From the human T2T-CHM13v2.0 reference genome, Homo sapiens, in NCBI RefSeq assembly GCF_009914755.1, contig NC_060932.1: a stretch of 64,000 nucleotides of DNA; one strand, given 5' to 3'. A model generated the notes under the pieces. That model was not told the DNA's origin. It searched no databases and saw only the letters and a list, made by a program, of their open reading frames with translations. This document shows, piece by piece, positions 1 to 17,914 of this stretch (the stretch's first letter is position 1; every line of letters starts with the position of its first letter). The translations under genes and the position numbers were made by a program.

Positions 1-3612
<3,612 letters not shown>

Positions 3613-3984
3613 AAAACAGAAAAAGGAAATGCGGGAATGAAATAAATTTCTTTAACAAAAAAAACCTGTATTCATAATCATATCAAATTCTATTTTCAAA
3701 TACTAATAATTTCTGTCAATGAAAGCAGCTATTTCCTTTGTGCAATAAAATCCTCGTTATAATTTCATTACTTTCAGCAATCATGTTAGCCAATTTCCAA
3801 CCTTAATCTTGCCAAGAAGGTCTGTTAAAAATATTTTATCTAAATATGACCCCTATTTCAAAATGACTTTTTAGCTAAGATTTCAATGAAAAAACATTCC
3901 CAGTGACCTGAAAAGGTGATTCAATTGACAGAAAAGTAAATGGCAAGTTTGGTTTCCATTGTAAACTTTAGATTCTGCTGTTCA

Positions 3985-4140
3985 TCTTTTACTCCATTTA
4001 CTCATCCATTCATACATTACTGAGCTTTTATCATGCACACAACATTCTGCCATGTGTATACTGTAAGATATACAAATACTAATAAGTAAGACATACTCAT
4101 TGTCCTTATGGCAATCACAGTTTAGAATGGGAAATATGTA
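3985..4140 (-). mobile_element. L2 3' end fragment
   Basis: cattcat...actgagc...tgtccttatggcaatcacagtttag resembles the reverse complement of the L2 tail. Confidence 0.5.
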
Positions 4141-4653
4141 CTCACAACCATTTCTAGTACAATAGATACACATCAGTTGTTATATTGTTAACATTGCTCA
4201 TGTTAGTAAATGGTAAAGCCAAGAATCAAAACCAGTGAACCTGCCTAGAGTCTGCAGGGTTAGACACTTTACTGAGAGTAGTGATGACTTCAACACTTCA
4301 GTTTGAAGTCTGGGAAAATGGTGATGTCAGTAAGAGAAATAGAAATCTCACAAAGAAAGAAAATTGTTTATAAATATACAGTTTTTATTTGGCCAGATAA
4401 CAAGCTAGACATGTATTGTAGGCATTCGCAGGACCAAAGAATAAAGAAAGTTATAGTTGGAGATACAATTTCCAAAATAGGAACAAACCCAGTGATATGA
4501 TTTGCAAAGATGGCCAAACTCTTCTAGTATCACCTAGAAATCTGCATCTTGCTCCAACTCTTATTTTTTTAATGTTGAAAAAAGCACGCAATTGCTATTA
4601 TGCAATGACTAAGTTATGAATTAAGAATTAATCTAGATCTCGAGCTCAAGGAA

Positions 4654-7600
4654 GGAGGTGGAGAAAGATGCCCAAATAGAACCCTCTACTGATTGTTCTC
4701 TGCACAAGAACACCAAATTTGGCACCTAACTACACAAAAAAGCACTTTTTTAAGAACCAAAAATCAGATGAGTGATCACAGTTCCTAGTTTTAATTTAAT
4801 ATCACTGGAAATAGGCACTGAAGAGGGTAGAAAAGACAGTCTTGAATTGCCTACACCTCTCCTCTCCCATCCGCTAGAGGTGACCACATAGCATGGAGAA
4901 TCTGTGTGCTTAGGGGAGGAAAAGAGCACCAATTGGGGGACTTTGCCTTAGGATGCAGTGCTGCCAAAACCAGGCAGAACTCAGCCAGGACCCACAGAAG
5001 GAACATTTAGACCAGCCCTAGCCAGAGGGCAGTCACCCATCCCAGCCATCAGAACTTGAGTTTGGGTCAACCTCACCACCATGGACTCAAGTGTTCTAGG
5101 GTCCTAAATAAACTTGAAGGGCAGTCTAGCCCACAAGGACTGTGACTCCCAGGCAAGTCCTAGTCCTCTCCTGGGCTCAGAGCCAGTGGACTAACGGGGC
5201 ATGCAACCTAGTGAAATGCCAGCTGAGGTTGCTAAGGGATTGCTTGGGCCACACCTCCCCCAACTCAAGGCAACACAGCTCACAGCTCTGAAAGAGACTG
5301 CTTTCTTCCACTTAAGGAGAGGAGAGGGGAGAGTTAAGAGGATTTTTGTCTTGCAACTTGGATACCAGCTCAGCCACAGTAGTATAGGGCACTAGACAGA
5401 GCCATGAGACACCCATTCCAGGCCCTAGCTCCTGGAAGACATTTCTGGACACACTCTGGGCCTCAAGGGAACCCACTGACTTGAAGGGAAGAGTCCAGTC
5501 CTGGCAGGATTCATTACCTACTGACTAAAGAGCGCTTGGACCCTGAATAGTCAACATCAGTAACTAGGGAGTACACACTGTGGGCCTTGGGTAAGAATCC
5601 CAGACATGGTGGCTTCAGGTGTAACATAGAACATTCACAGCTATGGTGGCTATGAAGAGAGGCCCCCTTCTGCTTGAGAAAAGCAGAGGAAAGTGTAAAG
5701 TGGACATTACTTTGAGCTTATGTACCAGCTCTACCACAGTGGGAAAGAGTACCAAGGGGCTTCTTGGGGTCCCCAATTCCAGGCCTCAGCTCTTGGATGG
5801 CATCTCTGGTCCTAATCTGGGTCAGAGAGGAGCCCACTGCCCTGGCAACATTAACAACAACTGAAGGGCCTTGGGCCTTAAGTGATGATTGGCACTACCC
5901 TGGTAGTATTCTCCATGGGCCTGTGGTGGTAGTGGACATGGGGAGATACTCTTCTGATTGGAAAAGTGGAAGGAAGAGTGAAAAAAATATTGTCTTGTGG
6001 CTTGGGTGCCAGATCACCCAAAGTAAAACAGAGCACCAGATAGATTCCTAAGGTTTCTGATGCCAAGCTCTGGCTCCCAGACAGGCATCTCTGGACTCAT
6101 CAGGGGCCCAAGGGGACACACTGTCCCTAAGGGAAGGGCAAAAGCCTGGCTGGCTTAACCACCTGCTGAGTGTAGAGTCCTAGGGCCTTAAGCAAACATG
6201 GACAGTAGCCAGGTAGTGGTTACAGAGAGACTTGGGAAAGGCCCAGTCCTGTGCTGTCTTCAGGGCTGATCTAGTGCAGTCCCAGCAGTGGTGGCCACAG
6301 AGGTGCTTGTGTCACCCTTTCCCCAGCTCCAGGCAGCTCACCACAGAGAGAGAGACTCCATTTGTTTGGGAGAAAGTGAGGGAAAAGAACAACTGTCTCT
6401 GCATAGTAACCTGGAGAATTCTTTTGGATCTTATCCAAGACCACCAAGGTGACACCTCTATGATTCAGGAAGAACTACAGCATTACTGGGCTTGAGATAT
6501 CCCCCCCAACCCATGAAGATATGGCTGCAGTGACCAAAAACTTAGATCACAACACTCAAGTCCCTTCACAAACCTGGAAAGACTCGCAACAAGGACAGAT
6601 ACAAACGAGACCAGATTGTGACGATTGTAATAAATACCTAACTCTTCAATGCCAGACAACAGTGAACATTTACTAGCATCAAGACTGTCCAAGAAAATAT
6701 AACCTTACCAAACAAACAAAGACACCAGTGAATAATCCCAGGCAGATAGCGATAAGTGACCTTTCAGACAGAGAATTCAAAATAGATGTTTTGAGGAAAT
6801 TCAAAGAAATCCAAGATAACACAGAGAAGGAATTCAGAATCCTATAAGATAAATTTAACAAAGCAATTTAAATAAGTTTAAAAATCAAGCAGAACTTCTG
6901 GAAATGAAAAATGCAATTGACATACTGACGAATGCATCAGAGTCTCTTAATAGCAGAATTAAACAATCAGAAGAAAGAATAAATGATCTTGAATACAGCC
7001 TACATGAAAATAGAGAAGACAAAAGGAAAAAGAATAAAGCAAGCTTACAAGATGTACCAGTCATTCAGGAGCATACTGTTTAAATTTTATGTGTTTGTAT
7101 AATTTCCCAAATTTCCCTTGTTACTGAGTTCAAGTTTTATTCCATTGTAGCCAGAGAAGATACTTGACATGATTTTAGTTTTTTTGAATGTTTTAAGACT
7201 TGTTTTGTGGCCTGACATATAGTCTATCTTTGAAAATGATCCAGGTGTTGAAAGAAGAATGTGTATTCTAAAGTCATTGGATGAAATGTTCTATATATAT
7301 CTATTAGATACATTTGATCTATAGTACAAATTAAATCTGATGAATCTTTGTTGATTTTCTGTTGGATAATATCTCCAATGCTGAAAGTAGGCTGTTGAAG
7401 TATCCAACTATTATTTTATTGGAGTCTCTCTCTTATCTGTAATAGTATTTGCTTTATATATTTGGATGCTACAGTGTTGGGTGCATATGTATTTACAATT
7501 GTTATATCCTCTTGCTGAATTTACACCTTCAACAGTATATAATAACCCTCTTTGTCTCTTTTTATCATGTTTGTCTTGAAATCTATTTTGTGTGATGTAA

Positions 7601-10600
7601 CATAGTTGCTCCTACTCTTTATTGGTTACCATTTGCATACAGTATCTTTTTTCATTCTTTTATTTTCAGTCTGTATGTGTCTTTATAGGTGAAGTGTGTT
7701 TTTCAGGCAACAGACAGTTGGGTCTTACTTTTTTCATCCATTCAGCCACTCTGTGTCTTTTGATGGGGGAGTGTAGTCCATTTACATTCAAGTTACTATT
7801 GATAAGCCAAGACTTGCTCCTGCCATTTTGTGTCTTTTTTTTGTTTGTTTTCTGGTTGTTTTGTGGTCTTCTCTTCTTCCTTCCTATCTTCCTTTACACG
7901 AAGACAATTTTCTCTGTTGGTATGTTTTAATTTTTTGATTTCTATTTTTTGTGTATCCATTGTATGTTTTCAGATTTGAGGTTACCATGAGACTTGCCAG
8001 TGCTATCTTATAACCCATTATTTTAAACTGTTGACATAAAAAGTCATCAGTTATGATAGTTATGATAACTATGATTGCATAAACAAATTAACAAATATGC
8101 AAAAAGAAAACTAATAAAATCTCTACACTTTAACTTCACCTCCCCACTTATTAACATTTTGTAGTTTCTATTTACATCTTATTGTACTATCTATGTCTTG
8201 AAAAGTTGTTGCAGTTATTATTTTTGATTGGTTCGTTTAGTCTTTCTACATAGGACATGAGTAGTATACATATCACACTTACAGTGTTATAATAGTCCGT
8301 GCTTTTCTGCATACTTACTATTTCCAGTTAGTTTTGTACCTTTTGATGATTTCTTATTACTCAATAATGTCCTTTTCTTTCTGATCGAATAACACCCTTT
8401 AGCATTTCTTGCTGGACAAGTGTGGTGTTGATGAAATCCCTCAGCTTTTATTTGTCTGGGAGTCTTTATTTCTCCTTCACATTTGAAGCATATTTTTGAA
8501 GAATATACTATTCTAGGATAAAAGTTTGGTTTTTTCCCTTCAGCACATTAAATATGTCATCCCACTCTCTCCTGGCCTGTAAGGTTTCAACTGAGAAGTC
8601 TGCTGCCTGACATATCGAAGCTCCATTATATGTCATTTGTTTCTTTTCTCTTGCTGCTTTTAGAATCCTTTCTTCATCCTTAACCTTTGGAAGTTTGATT
8701 ATTAGATGCCTTCAGGTAGTCTTACTTGGGTTAAATCTGCTTGGTGTTGTATAACCTTCTTGTACTTGAATATTGATATCATTCTCTAGGTTTGGGAAGT
8801 TCTCTGATATTGTCACTTTGAATAAACTTTCTACTCAATCTCTCTGTCTCCTTTTTAATTCCAGTCACTCTTAGATTTGCCCTTTGAAGTTATGCAAAAC
8901 CTATAGAACACAGCAAACACAGTATAAGAGGGAAGTTTAGAGCTGTAAGTGGTTACACCAAAAAAAAGAAGAAAAACTTCAAATAAACAACCTAACACTA
9001 TATTTAAAAGAATTAGAAAAACAAGGGCATACAAGAACCCAAAGCTAGTAGAAGAAAAGAAACAATAAGGATCAGAGCAGAAATAAATAAAATCTAAATA
9101 AAAAAATAAAAAAGATCAATGAAACAAAAGTTTGTTTTTTGAAAAAATAAACAAAATCAACAAATTTTTAACCAGACTAAGAGAGAAGATTGAAATAAAT
9201 AAAACCAGAGATTAAAAAGGAGATGTTACAATCAATACAGCAGACATTGAAAGGATTATTATTGGTTACTATGATCAACTATATGACAATAAGTTGACAA
9301 ACCTAGAAGAAATGGCTAAATTCCTATACACATTCAACCTACCAAGAAAGAACCAGGAAGAAATTCAAAACCTGAAAAAGCCAACAACAACCAAGGTACA
9401 ACCACGGATATTGAAACTGTGATAAAATGTTTCCCAGCAAAGAAAAGCCCAGCACCTGATGGTTTCACTGCTGAATTTTACCAAACATTTAAGGAAGAAC
9501 TAATACCAATATTACTCAAACGCTTTCAAAAAATAGAGGAGGAGGGAATACTTCCAAACTCTTTGTACATGGTTAGCATTATCCTAATACCAAAACCAGA
9601 TAAAGACACATAAAGAAAGAAAAACTATAGGCCAATGCCCCGATGAACAATGATGCCAAAATCCCCAACAAAATACTAGCAAAGTGAATTCAACAACACG
9701 TGAAATAGATTGTTCATCATGACCAAGGGGGATTTATCCCAGTGTTGCAAGGATGGTTGAACACATGCAAATCAGTCAGTTTGACACATCATATGAACAG
9801 AATGAAGGAAAAAAAAACATATAATTATTTCAATTGGCACTGAAAAAGCATTTGATAAAATTCAACATCGCTTCATGGTTACAAAAACCCTCAAAGAACT
9901 AGGTATAGAGGGAACATACCTCAACACACAAAAAAAACCATATATGACAGACCCATAGCTAGTATTATACCAAAAAGGGAAAAATGGAAAGCCTTTCTTC
10001 CAAAATCTAGAATATAACAAGAATGTCCACTTTTGAATAACTACTGTTTATTCAACATTGTACTGGAAGTCCCAGCTAGAACAATCAGACAAGAGAAAGA
10101 AATAAAGGGCATCCAAATTGGAAATTAAAGAGTTGAATTATCCTTGTTCACAAATGATATTATCTTATATTTGGAAACACCTAAAGACTCCACCAAAATA
10201 CTACTAGAACTGATAAATTCAGTAAAATTGCAGGACACAAAATCAATACACAAAATTAATAGCATTCCTATACGCCAATAGTAAACAGTCTAAAAAATAA
10301 ATAAAGTAATTTTACTTACAAAAGCTACAAATAAAATTAAACACCCAAGAATTAACTTAACCAAAGAAGTGAAAGAGTTCTACTATGAAAACTGTAAAAC
10401 ACTGATGAAAGAAATTAAAGATACCAAAACAGGAAAGATATTCCATGTTCATGGATTGGAAGAATCCATAGTTTATATGTGTACAACCCAAAGCAATCTA
10501 CAGCATCAATGCAATCCCTATCAAAATATCAATGATATACTTCACAGAAATAGAAAAAACAATCCTAAGATGTATATGGTAGAAACACAAATTACCTGAA

Positions 10601-11256
10601 TAAATATTCATTCATCATGACCAAGGAAGATTTACCAAAGAGTTATATGCACTCCTATGTTAATTGCAGCACTATTCCCAACAGTCAAGATTTGAAAGTC
10701 ACCTAAAAGTCCATCAACAGACAATGGATAAAGAAAACATGGCACATATACACAATGGTGTACTATTCAGCCATAAGAAAGAATGAGATCCTGTCATTTG
10801 TATCAACATGGAACTGGAGGTTATTGTGTTAAGTGACGCAAGCCAGGCAGAGAAAGACAAACTTTGCATATTCTCACTTATTTTCTAGAGCTAAAAATTA
10901 AAACAATTGAATTCACGTAGATAGACAGTACAATGATAGTTATCAGAGGCCTAGAAGGGTAGTTGGCGGGGGGAGAGGAGATGGTTAATGGGTACAAAAT
11001 AATAGTTAGAAAGAATGAATAAAATCTAGTACTTGATTGCACAATATTCAATAATAATTTAGTTGTTACATTTTAAGATAACTAAAAGTGTATAATTGGA
11101 TTATATTTAATGTAAAGGATAAATGCTTGAGGTGATGAATATCTTATTTACCCTGATGTAATTATTACACACTTTATATCTGTATCACAATATCCCATAT
11201 ACTCCATTAATATATACACCTGCTATGTACCCACAAAAATTAAAAATTAAAAAAAA
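4654..11256 (+). mobile_element. Near full-length old LINE-1 (L1M1/L1MA1-3-like) with ~2 kb 5'UTR, internal inversion and internal deletion
   Basis: 5' end ggaggtggagaaagatg...aagaaccaaaaatcag; ORF1 remnant ~6650-7056; ORF2 remnant (ORF 9419: [20 protein letters not shown]); L1MA-type 3'UTR ending tatgtacccacaaaaattaaaaattaaaaaaaa. Confidence 0.88.
7057..8893 (-). mobile_element. Inverted internal segment of the L1M element (ORF1 3' half, spacer, ORF2 endonuclease region)
   Basis: Abrupt switch from A-rich to T-rich; the reverse complement starts ataacttcaaagggcaaatctaagag (ORF1) and ends ...gctcctgaatgactgg (end of EN region). Confidence 0.88.
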
Positions 11257-11275
11257 GAAAAGAAATAAGCTAAAC

Positions 11276-11586
11276 ACGTTTGGTACAGTGGCTCACACTG
11301 GCAATCCTTGCTCTTTAGGAGGTCAACATGGGAGCATCACTGTAGGGTAGGAGTTCAAGACCAGCCTGGGTAACATAGCAAGACCCTCTAAAAATATATT
11401 AAAAATCAGCCAATTGTGGCAGTGCATGCTTGTAGTCCTAGCTACTCAGGAGGCTGAGGCAGGAGGCTGTAGTCCTAGCTACTCAGGATCTCTTGAGCCT
11501 AGGAGTTCATGGCTTCAGTGAGCTATCATTGCACCACTGCACTCCAGCCTGGGCAACAGTGCAAGACACTCCCTCTTTAAAAGTAA
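11276..11586 (+). mobile_element. AluJ-type SINE at the L1 poly(A) end
   Basis: Diverged Alu dimer; degenerate TSD aagaaataagctaaa / aagaaatgaactaaa; internal 21 bp duplication. Confidence 0.9.
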
Positions 11587-12141
11587 AGAAGAAATGAACT
11601 AAATGGAAATAAGATTTAATCAAATACAATTATTAGTTATATTTGCTTAGTAAAACAAATAAACTAACAAAAGGCAACATTTATTAGTAAAGTGCTTACA
11701 ATCTCACAGCTACATGATTACAAGTTTTCATTAACCATTGCAATAATCATTAAAATGAGTAAAATTTCCCTCCAAGGTATAGTCAATAAATAAAAAGTGA
11801 AAGGCTGATTATTGAGGCCTCAGAAACTATACCAATTTCCCAATCTAAAAAAAAGGGATGTTGCTAAGATATGCTGTGGATCTCATTTTTTTATATGTAC
11901 ATCTTGAGCAATGAAGCTCCCTTTAGAGTAATATGAGTGACTGTCCTCTGTGAGTTGACACTCTCTACCCAACTCCCAGCTGATTTCATTTACCTAAGTG
12001 AGTAAAATCCTAACAGCACAAAAGAGATCAGATAGAGAGTACCCTGTTAGTAGATGTTTTTTTCTATTTGGAGTATTCGATGGTCAGAAAGCATAATCCA
12101 GGAATCCTCCAAAGCACAATGTGGTAAGCTGAAAAAGCAGT

Positions 12142-12407
12142 CCCTACTCAGCATCATCTGACAAATCACTGTCTGGTTCCCCCAATGACAACTGAAATGA
12201 ACACAAATTATGTAAATGGGAAGAAATTAAGAAATTAGTTTTTGAAGAACAGAAAAGAAATGTAACCTGTCTGAAAGAATCTCAGCCTGAACTGCTGGGG
12301 ATTTGAGGCTGTCATTTCTGGCAGGGAAAAATATCCATATTGAAAAAAATATTTGTGAAAGTAGTGGAAGGAATCAAATACTTCAATTGTTTTAAGTAGG
12401 GAAATAA
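12142..12407 (+). repeat. Left arm of ~265 bp inverted duplication
   Basis: Aligns to the reverse complement of 14482-14743; core 12265-12310 vs 14575-14620 is 40/46 identical. Confidence 0.9.
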
Positions 12408-12454
12408 ACCTTCTATTCCATGTCATGGAACTGTAGGTCACAGGGCAGGAAACG

Positions 12455-12560
12455 CATGCAATCAGATGGCATCAGGTGGTGAATTCCTATTCACTAACTG
12501 GGCCACCTTTGATAGGTCATGTCTCCTCCACCCCGTCTCAGTTTTATCATCTGTAATGTC
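12455..12560 (+). mobile_element. MIR fragment
   Basis: MIR core gtctcagttttatcatctgtaatg. Confidence 0.55.
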
Positions 12561-12824
12561 CTCTTTGAATTCTATTTAATACTCCATTACAAGTATAAAT
12601 TGTCAAGGAAAATTTCTTTCAGTTCTTGAGAGACTAATGAAGAGGGTTCAAGTTGAGGAATTGTCCATTATCTCAAATAAAGCTCAGAAACTTTGAAGAA
12701 ACCAACTGCCTTTGATCTTTCTCCCAATAATAATAAAGCCTTTACATTTTCAGGCTTCTTTTCCCATGCAATACAATGTGGAGTCTGCAAAAGAACATAG
12801 TCAGTAATCTTCAGAGTTGAGATC

Positions 12825-13737
<913 letters not shown>

Positions 13738-14184
13738 GGCCTTAAATGATGCCCTCATTCTGAGGCTTTGGCAGCACTTGGTATAATTGTGGAAAGCATT
13801 TCTACTTCTTTGAGGGTAAGCCATTTTTCACAAACATAGTACAGTACCAGTTGACATCAGAAAAATGCACGGGACTTGAAGACACATTTTCTTTCCATTG
13901 GTTTCCTGTATTAATTATTTCAAGCTCATCAGTGCTCTGTGGGGCAATAGGCAATATTTCACCAAACCTAAAATCATGTAAAAATGGCTTCCTTCTGATG
14001 TTGCTTTTCCATCTCGTGAAATGGAAGTTGCAAAGGAAGATTCATCAAACTCTCATTAATGGGCACTCTGGAGCTCTGGCTATGCTGGGATAAACAGCAT
14101 TGGCTCAGATAAAGTATAAACCTAGTGGCTTTCAAAATGAAAACTAATGAATCTGAGTGGGATAGTGATCAGAATAAGGAAGTA

Positions 14185-14440
14185 AGGCCAATAACATTTC
14201 TGGGTAACTTGCCATGAGCCAAGCACTGTCTTACAAAGTTTACATATATCTTCTCATTAATCTTTAAACATCTCTAAAGAAGAAACTAACCCTAATCTTA
14301 CTTTGCAAGTTAAAAAATAAAAAAAACCAACAACTTAAATTTGAAGAGCTTGAATAATTTGCAAATGCCCATACACTGGTAAATAGCAATGAGGGATGTG
14401 GATTTGAGCCTGGGACTGTCTGACTCCAAAGCACTTCCAC
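14185..14440 (-). mobile_element. MIR
   Basis: ggatttgagcctgggactgtctgactccaaagc is the reverse complement of the MIR 5' end; aataacattt...gccaagcactgt tail. Confidence 0.7.
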
Positions 14441-14481
14441 GTGACCAACTCATCCTACTACAGTGACACAGCACAAGACAC

Positions 14482-14743
14482 TTATTTCCTTACCTTCTTA
14501 AAGCAACTGGAGTCTTTGATTCCTTCCAGTTTCCACAAAGGTTTTTTCAATACAGATTTTCCCTGCCAGAAATTAGTCTCAGATCCCCAACAGTTTAGTC
14601 TGAGATCCTTTCAGACAGGTCAAATTCCATTTTTTTATTCTCTAAAACACTAATTTTTTAGTTTCCTCCCATTTCAAACAATTTGTGTTCATTTTAGTTG
14701 GAGAATCTGGAGGGAGGGAGTTGTCTGACGGTACTGAGTAGGG
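14482..14743 (-). repeat. Right arm of ~265 bp inverted duplication
   Basis: Reverse complement aligns to 12142-12407; visible in the ORF track as SDPQQFSLRSFQTG vs SNPQQFRLRFFQTG. Confidence 0.9.
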
Positions 14744-17700
14744 GCAGTCATTGGGGAGGGTTTAGGGACAGGAATAGGGAGACGAAGGGTAATGTTAGGA
14801 TGAAGGGGGCAGGTTAGGGGTATGGAGAAGGAAGCCTGCAGGGCTGGGCTGTGGAAGGAGGGCTAGTAATGGACCACGTTCCCAGCACAGACATTCGCAA
14901 CACATTATGCAGTCACTGCTCAGGTCCCTGAGAGCTGAAGTTGCAGCATTCATTAGTGACTGGTGAACAGAGGGTGCTACAGGTATAGTTGCAGGGAAAT
15001 ATGGATTCTTAAATCTCCATGGGAATATTCTTGCAGAACCAAAGGAAGAGTCCATATGGGAATTGAAAGAAGATGGAGTTAGAGGACAATCTATAAAGAG
15101 GAGGAATTTCAGGGATGATGACCCAGCTCTTGTGGGTGAGGCTGTGCAATGTGAGTTTTATGATCTTTTTCACCAGGTCAGGGTATTCTTGGGGCAATGC
15201 AGACAATCTGCAATCTTAGGATTGTATTTTTGAAGGGGGTCTCTGAGACAATTGCTTTTAGGGCTGGGGCCCATCATAATGAGCCTTTCTTCTTTATATT
15301 GTCTAGTCATTCCCTAAATTAGCTGAAGTCTGTAAGTCGATTATAATGCAGCAGTTAGATTTGAATATAAATTCCACGATTGAAATGTAAGAGTGCAATC
15401 TGCTTTAATTTACACATTTCAAAAAGGTTGGTGACTCATTGGTAACAAAGATGTGAGAGGTGGGAGGAATCCTGTGGCTAAAGACCTGATCACCTCCATC
15501 AAAATTCTCTACACTAGTTGGCCTCATAGGAAGGGTACATTGACAATCTCTCTAGGACAGCATAGATATCCTTGTATGCCCCTGGTCCACGCTACTGTTC
15601 TAGTAACTGCTGAGACCCAGGGGCAGAAACACTATCTCCCCTCCTCCAAAAGAATGCTGAAGGACCTGTCTTCTTTGAGAGCCTACTGGCTGCCACAACT
15701 GCAGTATCTCCAGGGGCATGAACCTGGAATGATGAGCAACTGCAACTTTCCACTCTCCTGTTGTGCTGGGGATCTCCCTACCCTCTCCTCTGGTCTACGG
15801 AGCTGACATTAGGCTTAGATTTTATTCTACTCACACTCTGTGTGTTTGCAATCTTGATGGATGGCTCACTCATATAGAGAAAGGAACTTGCTCCTAGTTC
15901 CACTTGTAGAACTAGAAACTTCCTGGTTAATCTGTATAGCACAAGAGATAATGCATACAAAATAACTCACACAATAATCTGAAGTTATTACAATGTTTTA
16001 ATTTTTATGTATTTTTTATTGTGTTATACATTGTTAATTACTATACTACTATCAGATGTGTGCATAAATATGTATACTCTATTAATCAAATATTACGTGC
16101 TAACTTTCTTAAGGGAACTATATATTCTTGTTGGGAATTGAAAGAAGACAGGAGTTAGGGGACAATATTATGAAACTGTAATAGGTGTGAGGATAAAACA
16201 GAAAAGATAGGGCACAAGCCAATTCTAGCATGTTCTTTTTAACAGATATTCTGGGAGGTGTGGGATAGAAAATTACTATAAGAATGCAATCTCTCCTCAG
16301 CTAGTGACCTGAGAATCTAGTGGAAGCATGTACTGTTATGGTTGCTGCAGATGAGTATTACATACCATAAATAAGGACATAAAGTTACTTCAGTTTTAGT
16401 TTTCACACTATTACCAATACATTAACCTCTGCAGTGCCCTCATTTCTTGCTTATTTGGCAACAGTTTTACCTGCAATTTCGTTCACATCAATCTAAGACC
16501 TGCCAGATATTTCTTGAAGCTTCTGAGATATATTACAGCCAGAAGATGTGTGAAAATGGGCTTCTTTACTGGGGACAAACATACTAGCTTCTTTATCAGA
16601 TCCTATTCATTTTGATTGTTGCATTGAGCTCCAGTGGCAAAAAATGGGTTAAAGTGATTTTTTTTTCTGCTGAGCCATTTTTTTTCATATGTTCAACAGT
16701 GCAGCAAAAGTTAATTCATTCTAAAGCACATGGCTTTCCAGCAACATTGTCAATATTATAATGTTCCTTTGCAGCTCTGGCCTAGCCAGTTTATTAGAGG
16801 AAGGGAAAATACAGATGGGCCGACAAGCATGGCTATATTTTGTTGTTGTGGAAAAAAACTATCAAAGAACTTTTATGAATCATTTTCTTTATTCCAATAT
16901 ATAGGCCTCTGCTAAAATTCAGAAGTTAATGCTTTTTATTATTTTTTTTGCCCATCCCCTTTCTATTAGCTGAGCTGTTTATAGATCTTTAAAACAGGAT
17001 AGAGTATTTTATTTTGCTTCAAGACAGGCAAAAAGGAAGCCTACCAATTATTCTTGTTTTAACTTCAGTGAAATCTCTTTTTTTTAAGAAAAGAGTTCAA
17101 TATGATTTCTTTAGAAAATGCCCTCCCACCGATATAGTTACATGCAAGGCAGAGAAAATGTCTGCTGTTTTTTACAACAGGAAATGAAACAATCTCATAG
17201 TTCCTGAATGATTACAGAGAAAATACCAAAAGGGCATACGTTACAATCTGTCATGTCTGCATCATAACAAGCTCAGCCAGTATCTCCATAGATGATAGAC
17301 GGCTTGCCACATGCTGGTGTTAGGGAACTTGTGGTGCCATCTTTGTTGCCTCCAGCTGGGCAGAGGGCAATGACACACAGGGTCTTGTACAGAGGAAGGG
17401 AGTTAAAATCAAAATCAGCTCACCCTGATAAACTTCCAGAAACTTCCAGCTGGTCAGCATAACTATTCTTTATTGGTAATACCTTCCACAATGCAAGTTC
17501 TTGCCCTTTACTCAACATGGCATTAAATAATGTAACAGTGACTCCAACTTAAAATACATTATCTACTTATTTTATTTCGTATTGCACTTTGTGCTCTGGC
17601 CAAGCCCTTTTCTAGCTGGGATCCCGCTGGGGTAGCAAGTTGGTGCTCTTTCTGTCTCAAAATTAGGTCAGATATCAAAGTCTTTCAAATGGGAAATTCT

Positions 17701-17914
17701 CCCTTTTCTTTCATCTTCTTTAAGGGCCAGGCAGACTGGAAGTCAGCCACTGAGATATCCCATTGTGCCTATATAAGAAATGTTTAGACATTCTCCATAT
17801 TGCTATAAATAGAAAGAAGTTAAGGTACTTTGTTTTGTATAAAGTGACTGCCTATACTGGATAGAAATAAATAATTATATACTTTTCAATAAGTGTCAAG
17901 CATGATGGGATGTA

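Noticed and set aside
5400-6120. Three related motifs (gctcc/t...gcatctctgg) spaced ~300-360 bp apart
   Set aside because: Internal repeats of the old L1M 5'UTR, not an independent array
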